Positions 1 to 10,382 of a stretch of 64,000 bases of DNA are shown one piece after another. Positions within the stretch are counted from its first letter, which is position 1, and the number at the start of each line of letters is the position of its first letter. The DNA comes from Trueperaceae bacterium (lineage in GTDB: Bacteria > Deinococcota > Deinococci > Deinococcales > Trueperaceae), in assembly GCA_034521815.1 (NCBI GenBank), contig JAXHLW010000013.1, forward strand, positions 1,824,001-1,888,000. The letters are read 5' to 3'. The notes below the pieces were generated by a model, which was not told the origin of the DNA, did no database searches, and was given only the letters and a program-made list of their open reading frames with translations. Both the position numbers and the translations under genes were made by a program.

Positions 1-151
1 CGACCAGGGCGAGGTTGGCGGCGTTGAGCATCAGCTCGACGCTCAGGAACACCAGGATGGCGCTCCGCCTGGTCAGGACGCCGATGGCGCCGATGGCGAA
101 CAGGGCGGCGCTGAGCGCGACCCACGCTTCGGTCGGTACGGGGGCGCCCAT
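1..151 (-). CDS. nuoK: NADH-quinone oxidoreductase subunit K (5' part; runs off the window)
   Basis: Manual translation [50 protein letters not shown] has the NuoK ELMLN motif and follows nuoJ. Confidence 0.93.
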   Translation of the reverse strand, partial: MGAPVPTEAWVALSAALFAIGAIGVLTRRSAILVFLSVELMLNAANLALV

Positions 152-152
152 C

Positions 153-790
<638 letters not shown>

Positions 791-791
<1 letters not shown>

Positions 792-1318
792 CAGTAGTCC
801 ACGCCTTCGAGCTCCACGCGGTGGGTGGGCTTGAAGCCCAGCTCCACCTCGCGGCCTTCGCGCTCGGCCTCGCGGCGCTGCCACTTCGCGCCTTTCACGC
901 CGACCATCATGTCGTCCTTGCCGTACACGAACGCGTCGTAGCGGAAGTCGGCCATCTCGAACTCGTGACCCAGCACGATGGCGCCGGTCGGGCAGGCCTC
1001 TTCGCAGAAGCCGCAGAAGATGCAGCGCAGCATGTTGATCTCGTAGATGCTCGCGTAGCGCTCGCCGGGCGAGGTGGGGTGGTCCGGGTCGTTCTCGGCC
1101 GCTTCGACGTAGATGGCGTAGGCGGGGCAGGCGGCGGCGCAGAGGCTGCAGCCGATGCACTTCTCCAGGCCGGTGTCCGGGTGGCGGAGCAGGTGGTGGC
1201 GGCCGCGGAAGCGCGGCTTGATGTCCACCTTCTCCTCCGGGTACTGCACCGTCACCGGCTTCTTGAACAGGTGCGAGAGGGTGACGCCCATCCCCTTGGC
1301 GATGTCGAGCACGCTCAT
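791..1318 (-). CDS. nuoI: NADH-quinone oxidoreductase subunit I
   Basis: Two CxxCxxCxxxCP motifs ([24 protein letters not shown]); RFRGRH. Confidence 0.97.
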
Positions 1319-1329
1319 GCGGTCCCCCT

Positions 1330-1447
1330 TCGGGCTTCGGGTCGGGCTTCGGGTCGGGCTTCGGCCGCAGCGCGCCGAGGGCGCGCGCGGTTCGGGGTGG
1401 CGGATCGACGCTCGGAGATCAGGCGCTCGGAGGTCAGGCGCTCAGAG
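1330..1447. repeat. Two short tandem repeats between nuoH and nuoI
   Basis: TCGGGCTTCGGG about x3 (1330-1364) and CGCTCGGAGRTCAGG about x2.5 (1409-1447). Confidence 0.85.
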
Positions 1448-2455
1448 AACAAAGGCGATCACCGCCCCCGTCAGCAGGGCCGCGCCCAGCGCGATCTCGA
1501 ACAGCCAGATCCAGCCGAACCGCATCAGCTGGTCGTAGCGGAACCGCATCAGCGATCCTTGCAGCCAGAGGAATACGAACAGGATGAAAGCCATCTTCAG
1601 GAACAGCCAGATGAACGGCCACTCGCTCATGCCCGGGATCAGGGCGTCCAGGAACCCGGGTCCCTTGTACCCTCCCAGGAAGAGGGTCGAGATGAACGCC
1701 GAGGCGGTGATCATGCCGACGTACTCGGCCATGAAGAACAGGGCGAACTTGAGCGACGAGTACTCGGTGATGTAACCGGCGATCAGCTCCTGCTCGGCCT
1801 CGGGCAGGTCGAAGGGAACGTTGTTCACTTCCGCCGTCGCACTGATCCAGAAGGTGAACAGCGCGACGATCAGGCCGGGCCACAGAAGCGGGCTGACCGA
1901 CCAGACGTTCAGCTCGACGATCTCGCGCAGGTTCAGCGTGCCCGCGATCATGATCACGGTCAGGACCGACAGGCCCAGCCCCAGCTCGTAGCTGATGATC
2001 TGCGCCGAGGAGCGAAGCGAGCCCAGCAGCGCGTACTTGCTGTTGGACGCCCAGCCTCCCAGGAAGATGCCGTACACGCCGATCGACGTGGCGGCCAGCA
2101 CGTACAGCAGGCCGATGTCGAGGTCCATCACCCACGGGTCCAGCCCGAAGAACGACCCCGCCGGACCGGCGGGGATCGCGCCGAACGCGACCAGCGCGAA
2201 CACCACGCTGATGCCGGGGGCCAGGATGAACACGAACTTGTCGGACGTCCTCGGCGTGACGTCCTGCTTGAAGATCATCTTGATCGCGTCGGCGATCGGC
2301 TGCAGGATGCCGTACGGCCCCGTCCGGTTCGGCCCGTAGCGGTGCTGGATCCGTCCCAGCACCTTGCGCTGCACCAGGGTCAGGTAGGCGAACCCGCCCA
2401 GCAGCAGCACCGAGACCACCAAGGCCTTGAGGAACACCACCCAGAGCGGCTCCAT
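1442..2455 (-). CDS. nuoH: NADH-quinone oxidoreductase subunit H
   Basis: RYGPNRTGPYGILQPIADAIK, PFDLPEAEQEL and RFRYDQLM motifs. Confidence 0.97.
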   Translation of the reverse strand: MEPLWVVFLKALVVSVLLLGGFAYLTLVQRKVLGRIQHRYGPNRTGPYGILQPIADAIKMIFKQDVTPRTSDKFVFILAPGISVVFALVAFGAIPAGPAGSFFGLDPWVMDLDIGLLYVLAATSIGVYGIFLGGWASNSKYALLGSLRSSAQIISYELGLGLSVLTVIMIAGTLNLREIVELNVWSVSPLLWPGLIVALFTFWISATAEVNNVPFDLPEAEQELIAGYITEYSSLKFALFFMAEYVGMITASAFISTLFLGGYKGPGFLDALIPGMSEWPFIWLFLKMAFILFVFLWLQGSLMRFRYDQLMRFGWIWLFEIALGAALLTGAVIAFVL

Positions 2456-2456
2456 C

Positions 2457-4968
2457 TCAGGCCACCTCCGCCGTCTCGCCGCGGACGCGTTTCAGCCCGG
2501 CCGGATCGGCGGGGTACAGGCCGACCGGCTGCTCGGGCAGCGCGGGAACCAGCCACAGGCCCTCGGGAACCCCTTCGCTGGGGACGACCCGCAGGCGCCG
2601 CGGCAGCCCGCCGACGGTGAGGGTCACGACCTCGCCGGCGGTGAGCCCGCGCGTTTGCGCGTCCGACGGGTGCAGGCGGAGCGCGGCGTCGCCGTGCTCG
2701 GACCTGAGCTTCGGATTGCGGTCCAGATGCTCGACCCGGATCATGCTGGGCACCACCAGCGCGCGACCTTCGGCGCCGGCCACGGCGCGAAGCGCGCGAA
2801 CCCGGTGCGGGGCGCGGCGGGGCGCCTCGAGCAGCTGGCCGGCCGCGGGCAGCTCGGCCGGATCGACGCCCAGCGTCTTGCGCAGCACGCGGCGCGCGCT
2901 TCGGACGCTGCGCCCGTCCATGCGGACCCCGAGCGCCTCGCCCAGCCGCTTGATCGTGCCGGTCAGGTCCTCCGCCGCGCCCGCCTCGACGGGTGCGGGA
3001 CGGACGGGCAGCATGCGGCCCTCGGCGTTCACCGTCACGCCTTCCTTCTCGAACCCGGTGCGGGCGGGGAGCACGACGTGCGCCAGCGCGCTGGTGGCGG
3101 TCGGGAACGCGGCGTGAACGACCAGCAGGCGCAGCTCGCCGAGGCTCTTGGCGACCTTCGGGTCCTGGGCCGGGTCGAGCTGCGAGAGGATCAGCGCCTT
3201 CGCCTCGCCGCCCAGCATCGAGGCGTAGTCGTAGCGGTCGTGGCTGGGCAGGACGCCGATCCGCTCGAGGCCGTAGGCGTTCGCCATCGGCCCCAGGATC
3301 AGCACCTTGGCGCCGACCGCCTTGGCCAGCGTGCGGGCCGCCTCGTCGGCGCCCGGGTCGGCGCCGACGAACCCGCTCCAGATCAGCACCGGCGAGCTCG
3401 CGGCGCGCAGCCGGTCCAGCAGCGCCTGGGCTTGCTGGCGCGTCACGCCGACCCCGTCGTTCCACGCCGCCGCCGAGGCGTCGTCCGACGCCTCGGGGCG
3501 CGGCGTCGGCGGCGGCCTCGTCCACCTCGTCGTCCGCTTGCCGGTCCGCGAGGGCGGCCAGCGCCTTCAGCAGGGCGGCTTCGCCGCCGGCCGGGTAGAC
3601 GAGCGCCTGGCCGGCGTGCTTCATCAGGCTGGTGCGGTACGGCGCCGCGATGGTCAGGATCTCGGCCTTGCGGGGCATCCGCTCCTTGAGGCGCAGGTCG
3701 GCGATCGGCACGCCGTGCGCCATCATCTCCGGCGGGGCGACGCCTTTGAGCGCGTCCTTGATGCGCAGGTCGACGATTCCCGCCTCTTCGGTCGGATCGC
3801 CTATCACGAACAGCGCGTCGCTGGTGGCGACGTCGCTCAGCGTGGCGGGCGCGCCGTCGGGAATGACCGAGGCCGGCGTGCGAGGCGCGTGGTCCAGGCG
3901 GCCGGTGCCCAGCTGCCGCGCCAGCGCGCTGGCCGCGACCCCTTCCTCGAGCGTGGCGTCGGCGCGGATCGCGATGCCGATCGCCTTCGGGTCGACCTCG
4001 GCCAGGCCGGCGGCGACGACCTGCGCGGCCTCCTCCCAGGAGGCCGGCACCAGCTCGCCGTCACGGCGGATCATCGGCATGGTGATGCGGTCCGGCGCGT
4101 CCACGTACTCGTGGCCGAACCTCGTGCCGTCGTCGATCCAGGTCTTGTTCACTTCGGGGTTGAGCCCCGCCTTGACCCGCTCGATGCGGCCCGTGCGCGC
4201 GTCGACGGTGAGCGCCGCGCCGCCGGGATCGTCCAGGCTGGTGGTCTCGGTGTGGTCGTACTCCCAGTTGCGGCCGCGGAAGCGGCTGGTCGAGTCCAGC
4301 AGCGCGCCGACGGGACAGATGTCGGTGATGTTGCCGCTGAACGGACTGGGCAGGCCGTCCTCGAGCGTGCCGATGTAGGTGTGCCCGCCGCGCTCGATGA
4401 AGTCGAGCACCTCGTCGCCGGGAACCTCCTCGAAGTAGCGGACGCAGCGCTTGCAGTGGATGCAGCGCTCGCGGTCCAGGGTGATCAGCTCGGAGAGGAC
4501 GTGGTGCTTCTCCTGGTGGCGCTTGTCGAACTCGAAGCGGCTGAGACCCGAGCCGTACTCGTACGCCCGGTCCTGCAGCTCGCAGGCGCCGCCCTTGTCG
4601 CAGGTCGGGCAGTCCAGCGGGTGGTTGATGAGCGTGAACTCGACCATCGCGCTCTGCGCGCGCTTGACCTCCTTGGAGAGCGTGTCGACGACCATGCCCT
4701 CCATCACCTGCGTGGTGCAGGTCGCCATCGGGTTCGGGAACCAGAACACCTGGGGCTCGCCGGTCTCCTCGTCGAGGATCCAGTCGCCGGTGGCGCGGTC
4801 CTTGCGCGGCGCGCCGATCTTGGCGAGGCACATCCGGCACGCCCCGACCGGCGACATGTACTCCTGGCTGCAGAAGTAGGGCACGTCGTGGCCGGCGGCG
4901 AACACCGCGTCGATCACGCTGGTGCCGGGCTCCATCTCGAGCGTCACGTCGTTGATGCGGACCTTCAC
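2457..4968 (-). CDS. nuoG: NADH-quinone oxidoreductase subunit G (one frameshift near 3490, probably a sequencing error)
   Basis: GTG start overlaps the nuoF stop; [41 protein letters not shown]-terminus continues in ORF 2457..3446. Confidence 0.92.
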
Positions 4969-6305
4969 GCCAGCCACCGGTCCTTTCTCGGGTGCAGCGG
5001 CGTGCCGTGCTGCGCGAGGTGCTCGTACTCGTTCCTGAAGTGCTGCAGGCTGGCCTGCACCGGCCAGGCGCAGGCGTCGGCCAGCGGGCAGAACGCGGTG
5101 CCTCTGAGGTTCTTCACCATGTCTTCCATGACGTCGACGTCGTCGGGCGTGCCCAGGCCTGCCAGCAGCTTCTGGAACATCTTGGGAAGCCAGGTGGCGA
5201 CCCCTTCGCGGCACGGCGTGCACTTGCCGCACGACTCGTGCGCGTAGAAGCGGGTGACGTTGTACATCGCGTCGACGATGCACTGGTCCTCGGGAATGAC
5301 GATCACCGCTCCGGTGCCCAGCATCGAGCCGGCCTTGGCGACCGCGGAGAAGTCCATCGGCAGGTCGAGATGCTCGTCGTCGTAGGGGAACATCGGGCAC
5401 GACGTCCCGCCCGGGATGAACGCCTTCGCCGGCGAGGAGGGCCCCCCGCCGAGGTCGTGGATGATCTCGCGGTAGCTGATCCCCATGGGCACCTCGTACA
5501 CGCCGGGGCGGGCGACCGCGCCGGAGATCTGCACGTGGTGGATCCCCTTGCTGTCGTCGGTGCCCATCGCCGAGAACCAGTCCGCGCCCTTCTCGATGAT
5601 GTGCGGCACCGAGGCCAGGGTGGTGACGTTGTTGATCGTCGAGGGCAGGCCGTACACGCCGGCTTGGGCGGGGAACGGCGGCTTGAGCCGCGGGTTGGCG
5701 CGCAGGCCCTCGAACGAGTTCATCAGCGCCGTTTCCTCGCCGCAGATGTACGCGCCGGCGCCCCGGTGGACGACGATGTCGAAGTCGAAGTCGCTGTCCA
5801 GCACGTTCGTGCCCAGGTAGCCGCGCGCACGTGCCTCCTCGATCGCGCCCATGAGGCGCTCGTAGGCGTGCCAGTACTCGCCGCGGATGTACAGGACGCC
5901 CTTCGTGGCTTGGATCGCCCAGCCGGCGATCAGCATCCCTTCGATCAGCTGATGGGGGTCGTCCTCCATCAGGTAGCGGTCCTTGCAGGAGCCGGGCTCG
6001 GACTCGTCGGCGTTGCACACGATGAACCGCTGCCGTCCGTCGACGGGCGGCATGAACGACCACTTCACGCCGGCCGGGAAGCCGGCTCCGCCCCGGCCGC
6101 GCAGGCCGGACGCCTTGACGGTGTTCACGACCTCGCCGGCGTCGCTGGCCAGCGCCTTGCGCGCGGCCTGGTAGCCGCCGTGCTCCAGGTAGGCGTCCAT
6201 GGTGTGCGCCCCCTCGACCCCGACGTAGCGGTAGAGAGTCACCTCGAAGCGCGGGTCGTGCCGACTGGTGATCGGTTTCGGTCGCTCGGCGACGGCGTCG
6301 GCCAT
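4965..6305 (-). CDS. nuoF: NADH-quinone oxidoreductase subunit F
   Basis: [44 protein letters not shown]. Confidence 0.97.
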   Translation of the reverse strand: MADAVAERPKPITSRHDPRFEVTLYRYVGVEGAHTMDAYLEHGGYQAARKALASDAGEVVNTVKASGLRGRGGAGFPAGVKWSFMPPVDGRQRFIVCNADESEPGSCKDRYLMEDDPHQLIEGMLIAGWAIQATKGVLYIRGEYWHAYERLMGAIEEARARGYLGTNVLDSDFDFDIVVHRGAGAYICGEETALMNSFEGLRANPRLKPPFPAQAGVYGLPSTINNVTTLASVPHIIEKGADWFSAMGTDDSKGIHHVQISGAVARPGVYEVPMGISYREIIHDLGGGPSSPAKAFIPGGTSCPMFPYDDEHLDLPMDFSAVAKAGSMLGTGAVIVIPEDQCIVDAMYNVTRFYAHESCGKCTPCREGVATWLPKMFQKLLAGLGTPDDVDVMEDMVKNLRGTAFCPLADACAWPVQASLQHFRNEYEHLAQHGTPLHPRKDRWLA

Positions 6306-7030
6306 CAGGCGCCCCCTTCCTTCTCGTCGTGCGCGGCGGCCTCGCTCGCCGCGGCGTCGGTCGTCTCGGCGTCGGTCGTCTCGGCGTCGGTCGTCTCGGC
6401 GTCGGTCGTCTCGGCGTCGACCCCGGCGGCCTCGCCCGTCTCGGCTGCCGCCGTCGCGGTCGTGCCCGCCAGCGGCGCGCCGCCCAGGCCCGCGTTGTCC
6501 CCGTGACGCTCGCGCCACGGCTCGGGCTGCTCGTCCCGCTTGAGCGCGTCCAGCAGCTGCTCCAGGCGTCCGCGCGTGACACGCTCGTAGTAGGTGTCGT
6601 TCACCTGCAGCACCGGCGCGGTGGTGCAGGAGCCCAGGCACTCGACCTTCTGGAGGCTGAAGCGCCCTTCGGCGTCGGTCTCGCCGGGGACCAGGCCCAG
6701 CGTCTCGACCAGGTGGTCGCACAGCTCGTCGCTCCCGGCCAGCTTGCAGCTGAGCGTGCTGCACACCTGCAGGTGCCAGCGCCCCACCGGCTCGCCGTGG
6801 TAGGTCGAGTAGAAGCTCATCACGCCCTTGACCTCGGTCGCGTGGAGACCCAGGATCTCGGCGATCTCGGCGACGCGGGACTCGCTCACGTAGCGCTCGG
6901 CCCGCTGCACCTCCCACAGGAGGGGCATCACCGCGCTGCGGCGTCCGTAGTCGGGGTAGCGGCCCAGGATCTCGTCGAGGAGCTCGACCTTGTCCTCGAA
7001 GAAGGGCGTGACGGTCTGAAGCTCGATCAT
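6305..7030 (-). CDS. nuoE: NADH-quinone oxidoreductase subunit E with acidic repeat tail
   Basis: VCSTLSC...VECLGSC 2Fe-2S ligands; C-terminal (ETTDA)x4. Confidence 0.95.
   Translation of the reverse strand: MIELQTVTPFFEDKVELLDEILGRYPDYGRRSAVMPLLWEVQRAERYVSESRVAEIAEILGLHATEVKGVMSFYSTYHGEPVGRWHLQVCSTLSCKLAGSDELCDHLVETLGLVPGETDAEGRFSLQKVECLGSCTTAPVLQVNDTYYERVTRGRLEQLLDALKRDEQPEPWRERHGDNAGLGGAPLAGTTATAAAETGEAAGVDAETTDAETTDAETTDAETTDAAASEAAAHDEKEGGA
6352..6419. repeat. 15-bp tandem repeat, about 4.5 copies, in nuoE
   Basis: Unit CGGCGTCGGTCGTCT repeated perfectly. Confidence 0.95.
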
Positions 7031-7088
7031 CGAATATCCGTTTCCGCGTCCCGGAGGGGGCGCCCCGCCCGGCCCGTCACCGGTCGTC

Positions 7089-7244
7089 TCATCGGTCGTC
7101 CCGGCCGCTGCGCGACGACGCCACGATCAGGCCGCCGACCGCGATGCCCGCGGCCAGGGTCCAGAACGGGCTCGCGCCGGTCAGCGCCGCCCAGATCGCC
7201 GCGCCCGCCAAGGCGGCCGCGGCGAGCCGGAGCGCCGTGCTCAC
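7089..7244 (-). CDS. Small 51-aa hydrophobic protein with two predicted helices, inside the nuo operon
   Basis: GTG overlaps the nuoD stop (GTGA); [51 protein letters not shown]; absent from the ORF track. Confidence 0.6.
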   Translation of the reverse strand: MSTALRLAAAALAGAAIWAALTGASPFWTLAAGIAVGGLIVASSRSGRDDR

Positions 7245-8497
7245 TTGTCGACATCGCCCATCACCGGGTCCATCGTCGCGATGTTGACGATCATGTCGGC
7301 GAACGGCCCGCCGATCGAGGCGGGCGCGATCGCCTGGACGTTCGCCAGGCTGGGCGTCCGCACCTTGACGCGGTACGGCATGCTGCCGCCGTCGCTGACG
7401 AGGTAGTAGCCCAGCTCGCCGCGCGCCGACTCGGTCGGGACGTACACCTCGCCCTTGGGCGGGTGGAACCCCTCGGTGACCAGCTTGAAGTGGAAGATGA
7501 CCGCTTCCATGCTGGTCTCGAGCTCCTCGCGGGGCGGCAGGCTGATGCGCCGGTCGGGGTCCTTGATCGGGCCGGGCTCCAGCTTGTAGAGCGCCTGCTG
7601 CACGATGCGCAGGCTCTGCTCCATCTCGGTGGCCCGAACGACGAAGCGCTGGTACGCGTCGCCCTCTTCCGAGACGGGGACGTCGAAGTCGTAGTCCTCG
7701 TAGCCCGAGTACGGCGCCGCCTTGCGGAAGTCCAGGTTCACGCCGCTGGCGCGGGCCGACGGTCCGGTCAGCCCGACGTCCAGCGCCGTCTGCCGGCTGA
7801 TCACGCCGACGCCCTTGGTGCGGTTCACCCAGATGTCGTTCTTGAGGAACAGCTTCATGTACTGGTCCAGCGCCGCCGGGAAGTCGTCGATGAAGCTCTT
7901 GACGAGCTCCTCGAACCCTTCGGGCAGGTCCTGGTACAGCCCGCCGACGCGGAAGTAGCCGTAGTTCATGCGGACGCCGGTGACCAGCTCCAGGATGTCC
8001 AGCACGCGCTCGCGCTCGCGCATCGTGTAGAAGAACGGCGTCAGCGCCCCCATGTCCAGCAGGCCGGTTCCCAGGCCGATCAGGTGGCTGGCGATCCGGT
8101 TCAGCTCGGTGAGCAGGACCCGGATGCGCTGCGCGCGTTCGGGCACGCGGGCGTCCACGAGCTTCTCGGCGGCCAGCACGTACGCCAGGTCGTGGCCCAG
8201 GCTGTGGGCGTAGTCCATCCGGTTCGTGTACGTCACGACCTGCTGCCAGGTCCGGTTCTCCATCGTCTTCTCGAACCCGGTGTGGAGGTAGCCGATGCGG
8301 GGCGAGAGGTTCACGATCTGCTCGCCGTCGAGGTCGATGACGAGCCTGAGGACGCCGTGGGTGGCCGGGTGGACCGGCCCCACGTTGATCCGCATCAGCT
8401 TCGTCTCGAACGCGCCGTGCCGCTCCTCGTGGAGGACCGCCGCTCGCGGGCCGGCGTCGTGCTGCGCGCCGCGACCGTTCTTGCGCTGCGGGCTCAT
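7241..8497 (-). CDS. nuoD: NADH-quinone oxidoreductase subunit D
   Basis: [43 protein letters not shown] overlap with nuoC. Confidence 0.97.
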   Translation of the reverse strand: MSPQRKNGRGAQHDAGPRAAVLHEERHGAFETKLMRINVGPVHPATHGVLRLVIDLDGEQIVNLSPRIGYLHTGFEKTMENRTWQQVVTYTNRMDYAHSLGHDLAYVLAAEKLVDARVPERAQRIRVLLTELNRIASHLIGLGTGLLDMGALTPFFYTMRERERVLDILELVTGVRMNYGYFRVGGLYQDLPEGFEELVKSFIDDFPAALDQYMKLFLKNDIWVNRTKGVGVISRQTALDVGLTGPSARASGVNLDFRKAAPYSGYEDYDFDVPVSEEGDAYQRFVVRATEMEQSLRIVQQALYKLEPGPIKDPDRRISLPPREELETSMEAVIFHFKLVTEGFHPPKGEVYVPTESARGELGYYLVSDGGSMPYRVKVRTPSLANVQAIAPASIGGPFADMIVNIATMDPVMGDVDK

Positions 8498-9105
8498 GCC
8501 TCGCTCCCGTCGTCGTCCACGCGCCCCTGCTCGCTGCGGACGCCCTTGCGAGCGCCGCCGGTCCAGCCGGTCCGGCCGGGGTCTCGCCCCATCAGCCCGG
8601 CACGGAAGGTGGCGGGGTCCAGGAAACGGCCGTCTCCGAACAGCGTCGGCGTCTCGCCCAGCGGGAAGTCCTTGCGGAGCGGGTGCCCCTCGAGGTCGTC
8701 GGGCGTGACCAGCTTGCGCAGGTCGGGGTGGCCCCTGAACTCGATGCCGAACAGGTCGTACACCTCGCGCTCGAAGAAGCCGGCGGCGGGCCACTGCGGC
8801 GTGATCGAGGGCACGCTCTCGTCCAGGTCCACGTTGACGCGCAGCATCAGGCGCGACGCGTCGCTCAGGGAGTAGAGGTTGTACACGACCGTGAAGCGGG
8901 GACCCTGATGGCCGGGGTACTCGAGCCAGTCGATCGCCATCACGTCGGAGAGCTGCTCGAAGCCGGCGTCGCGGCAGCGCCGCACGGCCTCCTGGATCCG
9001 CTCGCCGGCGAGGGTGACGTAGGTCTGGTCGAACCGCTCCGATCGCTCGCCACCGAGCTCCGCGAGCGCGTCGGCCATCCGGTCGGCCAGCCGCTGGCCG
9101 CTCAC
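8494..9105 (-). CDS. nuoC: NADH-quinone oxidoreductase subunit C
   Basis: [34 protein letters not shown] overlap with nuoB. Confidence 0.95.
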   Translation of the reverse strand: MSGQRLADRMADALAELGGERSERFDQTYVTLAGERIQEAVRRCRDAGFEQLSDVMAIDWLEYPGHQGPRFTVVYNLYSLSDASRLMLRVNVDLDESVPSITPQWPAAGFFEREVYDLFGIEFRGHPDLRKLVTPDDLEGHPLRKDFPLGETPTLFGDGRFLDPATFRAGLMGRDPGRTGWTGGARKGVRSEQGRVDDDGSEA

Positions 9106-9641
9106 GAACGGGTCCATCCCTCGACCATGGGCAGCTCGACGCCGTGCTGGTCGAAGGTCTCGCCACGGACCTTCTTCTGCAGCTGCATCACGGCGTAGAC
9201 CAGCGACTCGGGACGGGGAGGACAGCCGGGCACGAAGATGTCGACCGGCACCACCGAGTCCACGTTCTGCACGATGGCGTAGTTGTTGAACATGCCGCCG
9301 GAGCTGGCGCAGGCGCCCATGCTGATGACCCACTTGGGCTCGGGCATCTGGTCGTACACGCGACGCATCACGGGCGCCATCTTCTTCGACAGCCGGCCGG
9401 CGACGATCATCACGTCCGCCTGGCGTGGGCTGGCGCGGAACACCTCGCTCCCGAAGCGCGCCATGTCGTTGCGCGCGTTGGTGGACTGCATCATCTCGAG
9501 CGCGCAGCAGGCCAGGCCGAAGGTGACGGGGTACAGGCTGTGGCTGCGCCCCCAGGCGACGAGCTTGCCGAGCGTGCCGAACAGGATGCCTTCGCGCTCG
9601 AGCTCCTGAAAGTCCTTCTCGAACAGGTCGTTCAGCGCCAC
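9102..9641 (-). CDS. nuoB: NADH-quinone oxidoreductase subunit B
   Basis: [31 protein letters not shown]. Confidence 0.97.
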   Translation of the reverse strand: MALNDLFEKDFQELEREGILFGTLGKLVAWGRSHSLYPVTFGLACCALEMMQSTNARNDMARFGSEVFRASPRQADVMIVAGRLSKKMAPVMRRVYDQMPEPKWVISMGACASSGGMFNNYAIVQNVDSVVPVDIFVPGCPPRPESLVYAVMQLQKKVRGETFDQHGVELPMVEGWTRS

Positions 9642-9645
9642 GACC

Positions 9646-9996
9646 TCACCTCCAGTCCAGAACGCCGCGGCGGAGGACGTAGACGTAGCCCACCGCGAGG
9701 ATCGCGACGAAGATGACGGCGTTGACGAACAGGTACTCGGGCGCCGTCTGGAACCGCACGGCCAGCGGGAAGAAGAACGCCGTCTCGAGGTCGAAGATGA
9801 TGAACAGCATCGCCACCAGGTAGAAGTGGATCGGGAAGCGCTCGCGGGCTCCGCCGGTCGACACCATCCCCGCCTCGTACGACTCGAGCATGGCGGGAGG
9901 GCTCTTCTTCTTCGGCCCCAGGATCGCCGTGACCGCCAGCGCGGCCGCTCCGATGAAGCCGGCCGCTAGGAACATCATGAACATGGCTGTGTACAA
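9646..9996 (-). CDS. nuoA: NADH-quinone oxidoreductase subunit A
   Basis: [21 protein letters not shown] start chosen behind an AGGAGAGAGAGG purine tract. Confidence 0.92.
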   Translation of the reverse strand: MYTAMFMMFLAAGFIGAAALAVTAILGPKKKSPPAMLESYEAGMVSTGGARERFPIHFYLVAMLFIIFDLETAFFFPLAVRFQTAPEYLFVNAVIFVAILAVGYVYVLRRGVLDWR

Positions 9997-10048
9997 CTCG
10001 GGCCTCTCTCTCCTGGGACCTGCGGTGCACGCGCCAAGCACCGCACCG

Positions 10049-10107
10049 TCGTGAAAAACGCCCACTTCGTGCGGCTTTTCACGTTGTCATCGCGACAGAC
10101 GATACCA
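10049..10107 (-). promoter_or_regulatory. Putative nuo promoter (TGG-TATCGT extended -10) with Rex-like operator(s)
   Basis: ACGTGAAAAGCCGCACGA (10067-10084) fits GTG-N8-CAC; an adjacent GTG-N9-CAC copy lies at 10051-10065. Confidence 0.45.
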
Positions 10108-10382
10108 AACGGCGGCCCCCGCGCCCAAGAGGCGTCTCCCAGGCGCGCCTCGGACGCTACCGCCGGCCCTCGGGGACAAGCGTCCCGAGCTCGCCATCCC
10201 GCGTCGGCGGCGCGGGGACGTTAGGCCCTTCATCGCCCTCCCCGGCGCACGTAGCGTGTGCGGCGACAGGATCGAGGCTGCCGCCGAGTCGTGCGCGAGG
10301 CGCGACGCACGGCCCGGACTCCGCGGGGCTCGCCCGCCTGAACGCGCGTCCGGAGACGATCGTCTCCGGGAAGGAGAGTCGA

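Noticed and set aside
6352-6419. Repeats as a CRISPR array (also 48900-48937)
   Set aside because: Head-to-tail units with no spacers and no cas genes
2380-6582. 1400-aa ORF as a giant NuoG fusion
   Set aside because: Only about 3490-4968 is NuoG; the rest is off-frame read-through
7027-7254. 75-aa track ORF between nuoD and nuoE
   Set aside because: Arg/Gly/Pro-rich shadow frame; the 51-aa hydrophobic frame is the better candidate
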